Below are positions 20,201 through 30,596 of a stretch of DNA of 36,070 nucleotides, piece by piece. The DNA is from Catajapyx aquilonaris (Eukaryota): NCBI GenBank assembly GCA_000934665.2, contig KZ539024.1, forward strand, positions 1-36,070, read 5' to 3'. A model generated the notes under the pieces. That model was not told where the DNA came from. It did not search any database and saw only the letters and a list, made by a program, of their open reading frames with translations. Positions within the stretch are counted from its first letter, which is position 1. Every line of letters starts with the position of its first letter. The position numbers and the translations under genes are program-made.

Positions 20201-23139
20201 ACTTGGTCTATGTCTATGTTCATGATAACTGTCATCATAAAGATACACCTGCACGCACCTGACCCTTGGCTCTCTAAATGCACCCACCCCTATCACCCTC
20301 TCCAACTGCACTTCCTCCAGCAAGGCAAGCTTTGGCTTCTCTTGAAACACAGAGAGGCGCCCCTCATGCAGCACACACCATCTTGTTGCAAAGTCCTTCC
20401 TGTTTGCCATGGCCTTATAGAGAGAAGCACTATGCTGCACTTCACGCCTAGCAGTTGGAACATACTTGCTGCCACCTTGTGATGGTTCAGAAGCCTCTGC
20501 AGTGCTTAAGTTCAGACTCTCACGTCGATATGACAGTCGCAAACGAGACAGCTTCTTCAGCAGTCCAGGTTTTGGTTCGGTCCCATACATTGCATTTGTT
20601 TCTTCAGTGTATGTAGCCTCAGTCACAATGGGACTGCTTGTTGGAGTGGTTGATGAATTAGTTGTCACGCTGGGTGCTGATGACTGACCAATCTGTCAAG
20701 GAAAAATAAGAAATGTGTTTAAAATCTCTATATATGTCAAGGCATGTATGATCCAAAGAATTTCCACTATTCTGTCCATGGTCTTAGAATAGTAAGGTGA
20801 CTAAGGTCTGGTCATTCCCATCTTTCTTATCGCCTTTGGGAGCTGACGGGGTGGTTGGCGGCAGGGGGCCGCGAGAGTGCATTTTCTTCAGGTGCAAGAC
20901 CTGTGGAGACCCTACCGGACTCCTCTGAACGTCGCCACAGGTCTTGCCCCTGAAGAAAAGCATTCTCGCGGCCACCTGCAAACCGCCCCGTCAGCCCCTG
21001 AAGGCGATAAGAGGGGAGTGACCAAACCTTACTATTCTAAGACCATGATTCCATCTGTCAATATGGCAATTTCCCTAATCTCTCGGAACGCAAGTGAATG
21101 TGGAAGCAAATTTTTACCTGCTCACCCTTTAATATTTTCCAACACTGCTTTGTACGGAGATGTCTGGCACATTCACAAAATACTATTTTTATCACTGATA
21201 AGTTCATTTAATCTCAAAAAAATATAAGAAGTGAGATTAGAAATGAATTTAAAACTAAAAATTCTTTTTTCAAACTAGGAAGGGCTCAAGGCATCTTAAA
21301 ATTATACTGCCCGAGTTTCAGGTTTTGCTATTAGGAATGTACAAAAGGTGGAAGTTCCCCAATGGAAATACTTGGGGGATTAAGGCTGATGTTTACATGA
21401 AATATGATACCCATTAACGAGGATGCTTGCGAGTGCAAACAGTCATTTTCAGAAATCCTGAAAGCATTATTGCTAGACTATTAAATGAAGTTACAGACCG
21501 CTCTCTCTCTCTCTCTCTCTGTCATATTCATAAATAATGGAATCATATCACAACGAACCAAGTGTTAAAGTGTAAATACAATGCAAATAATGTCTGCATA
21601 TCCCGCAGCATAATGTTACATCTAGTATACAGCGTGATCCAAGTATTGAGGTCCTTTTAGTTGTGAATTTAGCCCAAAGCAGTTACTTTTGTGTAGCACT
21701 TTTCACCCTCATCGATGTGTCTCATATACAGTATTATTCCCATTATATCACAAGCTGATATTTTTGACCACACTTGGAAATAATTGGGCATCTCAATCAG
21801 GGCGCAAAATGCTGCACACACACAAAAAAAAAAAAAAACAGGCGAAAATTGTGATAACTAAAAGGACCAGAGCTTTTGGAACACTGTATATGTATAAATG
21901 AATTAAAATCCCTAACGCAGTTTCTAAATCGTCGGTGATCGTGCAAAACCTCGTATGTTCCATTGGTTTTTGCAGGAGATACGAGGTTTTGCATGATCAC
22001 CGACGAAATGTAATCTTTATCAGTTGGTTCTGTAGTCCACTTTATAACAACCTCTTTATGCCCCCAAATTCTCAGCAGCAGCAATCAAATTATTCCAAAT
22101 GAGAACTATCATACATCCTATCTAGAAAATAATGCAAAGTTATCATCATTTGTAGGTGCAAAAATTGCACATCCATAGTGAAGAAATTACTGAATGCACA
22201 AGTAAAGGAGTTGACGCACTGAACCAAACCTACATTTGGTTGGTCAGCTGTGGAGTTGGATGCACTTGTTGTCACACGAGTTGTCACATGAGTTGTTGTG
22301 GCACTGCTTGGTGGGATGACACTGTACTTGGCAGTAGTTGTACTAAACCGCTGGTTACGCAGCAGAAAGTGCGGTTCAGACATGCTGTGAGATTTACTGT
22401 CAGCCTCTGTGAACAATGGGTCAAACTCCATTATTACAGAAAAAGTTGCATTTGGACGCCCAAAGTTCCGTCGCTTTGGAACTTCTGGAAAGTCTGGTGG
22501 CGGTGGCTGCTCTGGCACAGGCTTCCCATTTTCAATAGTGACTGGATCGTAATAATGTAGCACTTTAGTATAGTCACGCACAGGTGCATCTACAATACTG
22601 ACTCTGTCACGGAGGCTTGCAGTGCGTTCCGGAACCTGTGGGCTGATTTCTGGAGGTACCCCATTTTGGGGCACCACAATTCCATCTTTAATCTGCACAT
22701 TTTCATATGATTGTGCCTCATCTGAAATTATTGGTGGCGGTGGCGGTGGACTATAAGGTGGAGGTTCAGTGCCGCAGACACTCCCATACCAGCTAGTTGC
22801 ACTGTCTGAGTATCGGCGTTCAACAGGTGAGTCATACACATTATCCTCTTCCAATGGTGATTGAAATGAAATGCTAGAAAATACATCAGACTCATCATCA
22901 GACTGAGCACCTATGCTCCGTTCAAAGTTCTCATCGAAAGGGTCACCAACACTTCGGAATATACTGTCTGCATCCCATGAGCCACCATCATTGACTGAGT
23001 TTCCAGACCCATCATCAGAAGAGCTGTTGTTGCGGAGACGGCCAGAGCTAATGTCCTTTATGCCAGAGAGTATCTTACGGGGTAACGGGACTGGTGTTTT
23101 CTTCTTCCTTGCGGCTGCTTCTGGCTTTGTTGTTGCCAT
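14109..23139 (-). CDS. RhoGAP15B: ARAP-family RhoGAP (Drosophila RhoGAP15B-like): disordered N-terminus, PH, PH, RhoGAP, RA, PH; 10 coding exons, ~1060 aa
   Basis: Hand-spliced join, minus strand: 23139-22234, 20692-20259, 19361-19160, 18774-18658, 18600-18345, 18114-17711, 16409-16170, 15542-15177, 15053-14932, 14244-14109. All introns are GT-AG with consistent phases (0,2,0,0,1,0,0,0,2). Total 3183 nt, open to TGA. Motifs: RhoGAP IPVVVDKC..EGIYRQSG..DVASALKRFFRTLPDPL..NLAPIWGPTL; RA LYEVVCGGHLERPLHY; PH-type RWCVL, RKWMQ, DWLKSV, RWVAAM. Confidence 0.9.
14389..14631. mobile_element. Sola1-like MITE in intron 9
   Basis: CGTCGCTGTGGAGTCAAAACCACGTAACTCG / CGAGTTACGCGGTTTTGACTCCACAGCGACG, with 4-bp AAAT (AWWT) TSD. 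Confidence 0.75.
14932..15053 (-). CDS. coding exon 9 (last PH)
   Basis: Acceptor atttcag|TCT, donor AG|GTCAGA. Encodes WNVEDIVWYVG..KWAFTF. Confidence 0.88.
15177..15542 (-). CDS. coding exon 8 (RA domain, start of last PH)
   Basis: Acceptor atttgcag|GTG, donor AAG|GTATTC. Encodes LERPLHYTESVLETALRW. Confidence 0.9.
16170..16409 (-). CDS. coding exon 7 (end of RhoGAP, start of RA)
   Basis: Acceptor gtcacag|GCA, donor ACT|GTGAGT. Encodes VVKDLILLYPWLF..SGDMKLWVHL. Confidence 0.9.
16681..16964. mobile_element. P-like MITE with internal ~200-bp hairpin (intron 6)
   Basis: The right end TTCTAAGACCATG is shared with the 3247 and 20777 family. TSD GTCTAAGC/GCCTAAGC. Palindrome spans 16722-16920. 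Confidence 0.65.
17329..17567. mobile_element. PIF/Harbinger-like MITE (intron 6)
   Basis: TAA|AGGCTGCTTCACAAATG..GATGGCTGAGC ... GCTCAGCCATC..CATTTGTGAAGCAGCCT|TGA. Confidence 0.7.
17711..18114 (-). CDS. coding exon 6 (RhoGAP core with arginine finger)
   Basis: Acceptor cttcag|GA, donor GAG|GTATGT. Encodes EGIYRQSG...NLAPIWGPTLM. Confidence 0.95.
18345..18600 (-). CDS. coding exon 5 (end of PH2, start of RhoGAP)
   Basis: Follows a 57-nt intron. Acceptor ttttgtag|GTC, donor G|GTATGT. Encodes GRTLYLQ..LDQLQLTADDIPVVVDKCLKFV. Confidence 0.9.
18658..18774 (-). CDS. coding exon 4 (PH2); lies in a frame not listed in the ORF track
   Basis: Acceptor tttacag|GAG, donor CAG|GTACCT. Encodes EGVSGTWTPGWLLLRSRQFHYCPQGCKAPELFDLRKARQ. 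Confidence 0.85.
19160..19361 (-). CDS. coding exon 3 (end of PH1, start of PH2)
   Basis: Acceptor tttgcag|T, donor AAG|GTGAAG. Encodes HCFEVHT..SHLFGGRTEQDRRKWMQ..KAGWAYIK. Confidence 0.85.
19571..19923. mobile_element. hAT (Charlie-like) MITE (intron 2)
   Basis: CAGTGCTTCCCAA ... TTTCAGAAGCACTG with perfect 8-bp TSD ATCTAGAG. Repeated GCGACCCC subterminal motifs. Confidence 0.9.
20259..20692 (-). CDS. coding exon 2 (start of first PH domain)
   Basis: Acceptor ccttgacag|ATT, donor AG|GTGCGT. Encodes HSASLYKAMANRKDFATRWCVLHEGRLSVF. Confidence 0.85.
20777..21047. mobile_element. P/hAT-type MITE (intron 1), same family as 3247-3465
   Basis: CATGGTCTTAGAATAGTAAGG ... CCTTACTATTCTAAGACCATG. 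TSD ATTCTGTC/ATTCCATC (6/8). Confidence 0.8.
21930..22005. mobile_element. 76-bp Sola1-like mini-MITE (intron 1)
   Basis: AAAT|CGTCGGTGATCGTGCAAAACCTCGTAT ... ATACGAGGTTTTGCATGATCACCGACG|AAAT. Confidence 0.75.
22234..23139 (-). CDS. coding exon 1 (Ser/Pro-rich N-terminus); the exon itself starts at acceptor 23170
   Basis: Acceptor ttttcaccacag| at 23171. ATG at 23139 is preceded by an in-frame TAG. Donor AAT|GTAGGT. Confidence 0.8.
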
Positions 23140-23589
23140 TGCTGGTGGCTACCTGGTCATCGCTTCCTATCTGTGGTGAAAAGAAAGTCATACTTCAATT
23201 ATGATGTACAGAGACTATTTTGCCTGCATGTTCCTTATTTGTTTCTACAGTAATCTTCACACTCTTCTACATAAGCAATTCACTCTCTACATGACAAAAA
23301 ACTTCCTTGTGAATTCACTGAATTACTGTTGTTAAATGTACACACAAGTGAATTAAATGGATTTTCTTCAGTCATGATTTTGAGATGATGCCGGCCGGGC
23401 ATGGCTTGCCTGCCGGCTCACCATACCATATTGCATTTTGCTCGGTTAGCATCAGGTTTATGTCTTATTTTCTTATTCATTAAGCAAGGTGACTAAGCCA
23501 AATATATCATTCCATCTTTGCTGCTTGGGCATTCCAAGTGATACACCTGTACATTTCAATTACTCATTCAAGTTCATGTAGGCCCATGC

Positions 23590-23917
23590 GGGGGAGGCGG
23601 AGTGGTGCTGCAGTAACGTATGCGCCCACGGATGTTAGGTCCCGGGTTCCATCCCAGCCCAGGGACACCCCCTTCATCTCGTGCAGAGTTCAGGGTCACC
23701 TCTGGCTTCGTCTCGGGTGGTATTTCCAATAGACTAAACCACCCGGGGGAGTTCACTAAAAATGGCCACATTAAGACATTGCACTGCACCTTGCACATCC
23801 CCTCCTTCATCCTGCCTGTGGGCCCGGGCGCTAGGTATAAAAGGCTCCAATGTACACGATATAATAAAAATAAAGGTCCCTGCTATATACCTCTGATGAG
23901 GTCAGCACTACCCCGGG

Positions 23918-24003
<86 letters not shown>

Positions 24004-24019
24004 CATTATTATTATTATT
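23590..24019 (+). mobile_element. tRNA-derived SINE with (ATT)n tail
   Basis: A-box-like AGTGGTGCTGCAGT, B-box-like GGTTCCATCCC, (ATT)n tail ~23918-24019. 14-bp TSD ATGTAGGCCCATGC (23576-23589, 24020-24033). Confidence 0.9.
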
Positions 24020-24596
24020 ATGTAGGCCCATGCAACATGGATACCAAACTGCAGGCATCTTACAATTCAAGGTAATACCTCCATGAATTGTGATTTAAAA
24101 ATAGGAATCGTATAACTTCCAAAAGGAATGAATAGTAGCAGTAGTATCTTTCATGGCATAAAAAATATCTGCAAAAATGTTCATTAACACTTCATAATAA
24201 ATGTTGAAGAGATTAATACGACCATGGCATAAATGCACTCCAAGGCTAAAACAGTTGACATTCTAAGTTGGTGCATAAACAGGAAATTTGTATGAAGTAT
24301 GCATTTGAAAACATTGCTTCGACAATTATTTTCAAGCTGGATGTAGGATTCACAATTAATTGTTAATGTCATGTATGTACCATTATACACTTCTACTGTT
24401 GACAGCACAGGAAGTAGCTAACACTCACTTTGCACTGATGCATGACACTTGTAAAAGGAACCGCAGTAATTTCTTATCTAGTTACAATAATAAAATTATT
24501 ACCTCACAATTAGTGACCAGGCAGAAAAGTGTATAAGCGTCCTAGCAGGCAAAAAGATGGACACTCACTATGGGCAGGAACTCTTTAACACATTCA

Positions 24597-24695
24597 CTAT
24601 AAAACTGGTGATGTTTCAATCCAAAGCAAATGTGAAAGTCATAAAATTGATTTATTCTACTGTACAATAGCATTGGAGTGTCACCAGTTTTATAG
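24597..24695. repeat. short inverted repeat, likely a MITE remnant
   Basis: CTATAAAACTGGTGA / TCACCAGTTTTATAG. Confidence 0.45.
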
Positions 24696-27054
24696 CGACA
24701 CTGTTGCGACTAACCGAGGCCGTGTCCATCTTGTTCATTGTGACTCGACACTGTCAATGGTATTCTAAATCTACATCTAACCTGATAAAAACCAAATTGT
24801 AGAGGAAACAATGAAATTACACAGAATGGCACAAAAGTATGAAATATTTCTTCTGTGAAACTTTGAAATACAGGCTTGCTACATCAAAAACCCTGACAAT
24901 ACCATTGTTCATGAAAATATGCAGTTTTGCAAGTACTGTTAAGTCTCAAATCTTGGACAGCCAACCTTTACCCCAAGCTTTCCAAAGAATTAGTTCTCAC
25001 TGGCTCAGTTAAATATTTGTTAAGTGTGCGACCACACTGTTTCACGCATGCATGGAATTCCTAGATTTTGCATCGCTAACAATATTCTTTATCATGCAGC
25101 TTATCCTGCTAACTTGACAATAACCCATGGCGGTATCCTTGACTCGCACAGCAGTAAGTTACTTGACCATAATTCTTGCGACAAAACATTTCCACAACTT
25201 ACTCCCTACGTACCCATCAACATAAACCAGTCACTGACAGCAACAGCCTCAAACCCAAATGCCCACAGCTCCCGCACACTCCCCATCCAAGCTGATCCAA
25301 CACACAAAAACAAAGGGCTCAGTGTACGTATATAGCGCCACTTGAGAGAGGAGTCAATAGCCACGGGCCGGATAATGTAGGGCACTGGCAGCATTTGAGT
25401 GCCTTGCCTACTGCTGGGGATGACTCAACTTCCCCTCCCCATCCCTCCCTCCTCCTACATAAATGTGCATATACGCCAGATGTACTCTGTCTATTGTTTG
25501 GGACACACAGAAAGAGGGGGTGGCACTTGGGGGGGCTAGTCTCGTGACCAGGGTATGCTGCCCAGCTGGGGCGACACTCAATTAACGTAATAAATATGAC
25601 AAAATTCTGCATAATTACCACGGTCCATCACTATGTCCTGGTATTGCTACAGAGCAGGTTGACGGTCATGAGTGGTCATGACGGTCGCAATAACTATCGC
25701 ATAGCAGCTATCCAACTAGCAGGCTACGCTGACACACCCGGTACCTATTGCATAAGTTTAAGCAGTGGTCATTCATTCTGCCGGTACTGTACTGTACAGT
25801 ACCATGCCCACAGTACACTGACCCTCACCCGGACTGTCAACCTGTCAGCCCCTACATGTCAACCTGTAGCTGCTACTCAAAGCTGCTTATTAGAGTCAAT
25901 CGGAGCTAACCGCGCCCATTCATGTACTTTCTAAACGCGCCGGTTACTAAACGGCCAACCGGGTGACTCATATGGGCACGCACTTCAAATAGTCGGTCCC
26001 CATCACTTTCAATTAGGAGCACGATTAGGAGTAATAAAGCCAGTCCTTTTTCAGCGCCCGAAATGTAATGAACCAACGGACAACAAAAAACGGGCGTATA
26101 AATATTTGGCCAAAAATGCGCGGAAAGCCAGTGGTCTTGAGGAAGCCAGCATATTTTTATTATCTCCTTTACGATTAGATAGGAATGCTGTATGCTGATA
26201 CTAACCTAGTTACAAACCCGCCTTTTTTGTGTGATCTATTCTTTCCATTCTTTTCCTGGTGGTGGATGGTAGCAAGAATATTGCTTGCGTGCGATATATT
26301 TTTCCACCCTATGCAGCATTAACAAAGGGACAGGATGTATCCGCTTTTGTCATCACCACACAGCGATGTGAAGCGAAAGTGCGATCTTGGCTAGGTTGCC
26401 ACATTATCTTATTGTCCGACCGCCTCTTTTATGTAGCCAATTAAAGAGCGGGGCAAAAAACTACTATGCGTTTAATCGTTTCCTTTAGAGTGTGAAACAA
26501 TTGGTGATTACTTTGCGTAATTATTGTGATAACCTATCGGATTACAGTGTGCATTCTTATGCGGTCGATGATTATGGATGGCTCCAGTTTAACATGCAAG
26601 ATAATCCGGATTTTAACGGGATACAAATATTTGGGGGCATGGTAAATATTATTTTAACTGATAGACAGGCGCAATGAAAAACTGTCGTTTTGCTTGTCAT
26701 ACCATGTCAACAAATGTCAGCTCACATCCGCATTGGTAAAAATTTAGTGAAGGCTCATTTCCACCTTGGTCCCTGTCTCACTTTCAAGTATGGGCGTGAG
26801 TTATTGCCGATAAGACCATTAAATGAACTTTCCAACACATGATCTGTATGATTCCACGCCACACTCGCAGATGAGTTCACGCGGGGGTGAAAGTCCGCGT
26901 CCCTCGATACAGATGTGAGCTCAATTATGTTACACCCAGTGAATTATTTTGCACGTTAATAATGTTTTATTGATACATAGCTAATAGTGTTAATGTTAAT
27001 AATGAAGACCACTTTGTGCATCTCGTTAGTCACTGGTATACTATTATTACAAGT

Positions 27055-27310
27055 CGAGGGCGACACGATGGCCGAGTGGTTAGTGCCGCAGCCTTCCACC
27101 TCCAAGGTCCCGAGTTCGATCCTCGGGTCGGACGGAGGATACTTATGTGGATAGAGTTTCGATGGGTTCTCTCCGTGTTCGCGTGGGTTTTCTCAGGGTT
27201 CTCCCATTTCCTCCCACTATCAAAATTCATCACATTACAGGCAAATGATTAAAGTTGGGTATTCAAAAGATGATCCCCTAAGAGGCCCAAGGGGCCTATC
27301 ACGGGGTATC

Positions 27311-27390
<80 letters not shown>
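27055..27390 (+). mobile_element. tRNA-derived SINE with V-domain-like core and (ATT)n tail
   Basis: A box TGGCCGAGTGG, B box AGTTCGATCC. Core GTTCTCTCCGTGTTCGCGTGGGTTTTCTCAGGGTTCTCCCATTTCCTCCCA. TSD TATTATTACAAGT (27042-27054, 27383-27395). Confidence 0.9.
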
Positions 27391-27391
<1 letters not shown>

Positions 27392-29601
27392 AAGTGGTAT
27401 ACGTGAAACTAACCTCTCTACTAAGACAGACTACACTATATAGCCTATATGGACCCAGAGTCATTAGGCCAGCAACTAGAGTAGTTTCGTATATCTACAC
27501 GTTTCGTTATATCTATACACGACCAATCCAAATGCGGTGTATTTCGAATGTAGAAATACACTGTCTTCACCACTCCTTTCCATTCAGGATCATTCCAAGT
27601 TTAGTTTGTTGTTGTATCATAATTTTAACAATACTCTTTTACACCGTTCAAATAGTAGGCAGGCATATAGCATACGCGAAAGCCTATTTGTGGACTGATA
27701 TTCCTTTAATAGCCTGTGGTGTATTCACTGTATTGTGTCTCTCCCATCTCAACGCCACTATACAATGATTTCCTGCTTGGGTGGAATATGGAAATGAGGT
27801 CGGAGGAACGACCTTGACTTGAATACCCTTGACAATTTCCAACATACTCTATCCTGTGTAGCCCGCAACCAAACATGACAGTTCTTCGCGGCATATGTAC
27901 TGCATATGATCTCAAAGCAAAGGCCTGCTATTGCAGAGATCAGTGCATATAGACCAGTTTATCAGGAAATAAAATATTATGCTCATCTGATGTGAACCTC
28001 TGGCACGTTGTAAACCTGTAATCAAGCTTCAGTGCTATGTGTGTATAGAATTATAGTCACACAATAATTACAACATGATTATTTTTCCAAGTTCTCTTGC
28101 AATTTGACAGAATCATACTCTAAAGGTGAGCCATCATTTGGTGGTAATTACGCGTATCTTAGTTGTCATCGACACTTGCCATGATGGGTGGCATAGTTGC
28201 ACAATAATTCATGTTCACAGTCATTCAAGCTTATTATAATTATGTCGGTCGTGTGATATGAATTTACTATGTAACCAGTTGTAAATATAGGCCCAATAAT
28301 CTCCTGTGTTTCAGTTGCTGAGTGTTATAGTCCCGCAATTATACCCATGATTTTTCCTAGCTTCCTTTAATAAGAGATCATAATAATTATCTGATAGTTA
28401 ATCATCCAGACAACATTTGCTTGTAATTATCAAGTGAGAGTCATCAGTGTTGTCATCGATGTCTTCACGTAATGGTCGCACTAATATAATATTATTTCCT
28501 AGTAGGCTATGCCAGTCAAGAAACTCCACAATATAACCTGGACATTATTTAGAAAATAAAAATGATAACTGGAACAATATAAATAAGGCAAAAAGCATGC
28601 CATTGTGTGTGCCCCTAAAAAGTTTATAGTGGATGAACCATTAAAATAATGAAACTTTCAGGATTAGAGAAGCTCCACTTCAGCTGATGCTAACCCTCGA
28701 AAATATCTGCTCTAGTGTCAGTGATATTACTTTGGGGTTGTAAACTAATGAATGACTATCATCTGGTCACACTTGATAAGTGCAATGACAATTTGTTCAA
28801 AATGTTTTCTCCCAGCAGAAAGTAACCCCACTGTTTCATCCACGTAACAGCAACAACTATTCCATAATAATTATGTGTTGAACGAACTGTATGACTTGAA
28901 CTTAATAACCCTTGATGGTCAATCTCATGGTTGGCGGCTTCTTGGAAAGATATATCTTCTATACCATCAGTCATGCATACCACTTAGGACACGCATAACA
29001 CACCATTATGCAATGCAATTAATATTAATATTAGAATATATTATCATCAACATTAATATTGTGGATTGCGATTGGAACCCTGTCTGTCGGATTGTGTTGC
29101 TCAACATCCATGATTTCCTCTTTCACTGGTCGAGAGAACAAACCTGTTGAGATCTTACCTGTATATTTATACAGGCCTATTCCATCTATTTACTGATGTA
29201 ATAATTAGCCTTTAATATGTTGCTAGTGAAACAAATATACTGCACTGCAATGTTTGAATGTAACGTATGACACAGGAAACTTTTCGCAGCTCGGAGACGA
29301 AAGGGATCTCTCTGAATAGTCCAGGCAATTTAGAGTTTGACCTGGGCAAAATTGCTTCATAAGGTTTCTGAACGGTTTCCAGTTCAGAATTTATTGCTGA
29401 ATAACATATCCAAAATCCGCCTAAATCGGTCCACGGGAACACCCCCAAAAATTGACAAAATGGCCCCCAAGCCACATTTAAGTAAATAATTTTTTTACTC
29501 CGAAACCAAGGCTTGAGGGACATTTTGTGTTCAGTTCGAATAAGTGTAGAATGGTGCGAGAATTATTTTGGAACCATGTCGGGCCATGTAGGGGTCATCT
29601 A

Positions 29602-30332
29602 ACCAAAAACGGACTCGTAAAAAAACCGCCAAGTCCTGAGTCACTCCGCCTAAAAAAGTTGTGAGATCATGGGTGGACACCAAGCCTCTTTGTGAGACTA
29701 TAGATTAAGTCAAGTTACTTGGCTCACGATTGGAGACTATAGACTTACAACTCGTAGACTTGGCGCATGGTTCGAGACTATAGACTAAGGTGAACGACTT
29801 GGCTCACGGGGAATTATACCGGTACAAGGTGTTTCACAACTCGTGTCCAAAACTTTGAGGTTGAACTCGTGTGCACCAGTGGATCACTTTATACATAGAG
29901 GTGAAGCGATTCACTGGTGTTCAGGGGTTTACCCTAGAAGGTTTGGGCGCGAGTTGAGAAACACCCTGTATGGTTTGAAGGGGAATTTGTTACTCCACGA
30001 GTACGGTAATTAAGGAATTGCGGCCTGGACATTACAGCTGTAAATGGAAGGCGTGTAACACTCTTGGGTTGATCAGAAACTACTAAATTTTACCATTAAG
30101 CCGCCTATTGCTCTTCATGCCCGGTGAACCAAGTGGCTCAACCTTATAGTCTATAGTCTCGAACCATGCGCCAAGTCTACGAGTTGTAAGTCTATAGTCT
30201 CCAATCGTGAGCCAAGTAACTTGACTTAATCTATAGTCTCACAAAGAGGCTTGGTGTCCACCCATGATCTCACAACTTTTTTAGGCGGAGTGACTCAGGA
30301 CTTGGCGGTTTTTTTACGAGTCCGTTTTTGGT
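29602..30332. mobile_element. foldback DNA transposon with ~185-210-bp near-identical TIRs
   Basis: TA|ACCAAAAACGGACTCGTAAAAAAACCGCCAAGTC ... GACTTGGCGGTTTTTTTACGAGTCCGTTTTTGGT|TA. Each arm holds three ~40-bp GAGACTATAGA..ACTTGG units. Confidence 0.85.
29825..29968. mobile_element. mariner-type MITE nested in the foldback spacer
   Basis: TA|CAAGGTGTTTCACAACTCG ... CGAGTTGAGAAACACCCTG|TA. Confidence 0.75.
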
Positions 30333-30596
30333 TAGATCTCAAGACTTTTTGTGCAGTTGCAGTAAATAAGGAATGATATTTTCTCTGGTACACAGGAAAA
30401 TACGATATAAGTGTGGAATTGATAGGTTTTTATTTTCAAAGTGTCAGAGGACACACATAACATGTTTGTAAGAGGGCCGCCCATGCCATGCTCTTCCCAA
30501 CCATATTCCATCACCCCAAACCAACAACTCTCCCGCCATCATACACATCTACCTTGTCTCCGTGACATTAGGAGGGCTACCTAATATTGTCTAATA

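Noticed and set aside
23620..24075. Poly-Tyr and poly-Asn ORFs (also 27249..27464)
   Set aside because: These are translations of SINE (ATT)n tails.
27058..27132. Possible tRNA gene (also ~23590-23660)
   Set aside because: A and B boxes are present, but each continues into a SINE body, tail and TSD, with no convincing cloverleaf.
27600..29200. Possible decayed retroelement or viral coding sequence on the minus strand
   Set aside because: Only short broken frames and no diagnostic motif that I can identify by eye.
29690..29810. Regularly spaced GAGACTATAGA repeats resembling a CRISPR array
   Set aside because: Eukaryotic context, no cas genes, and the repeats are mirrored within transposon TIRs.
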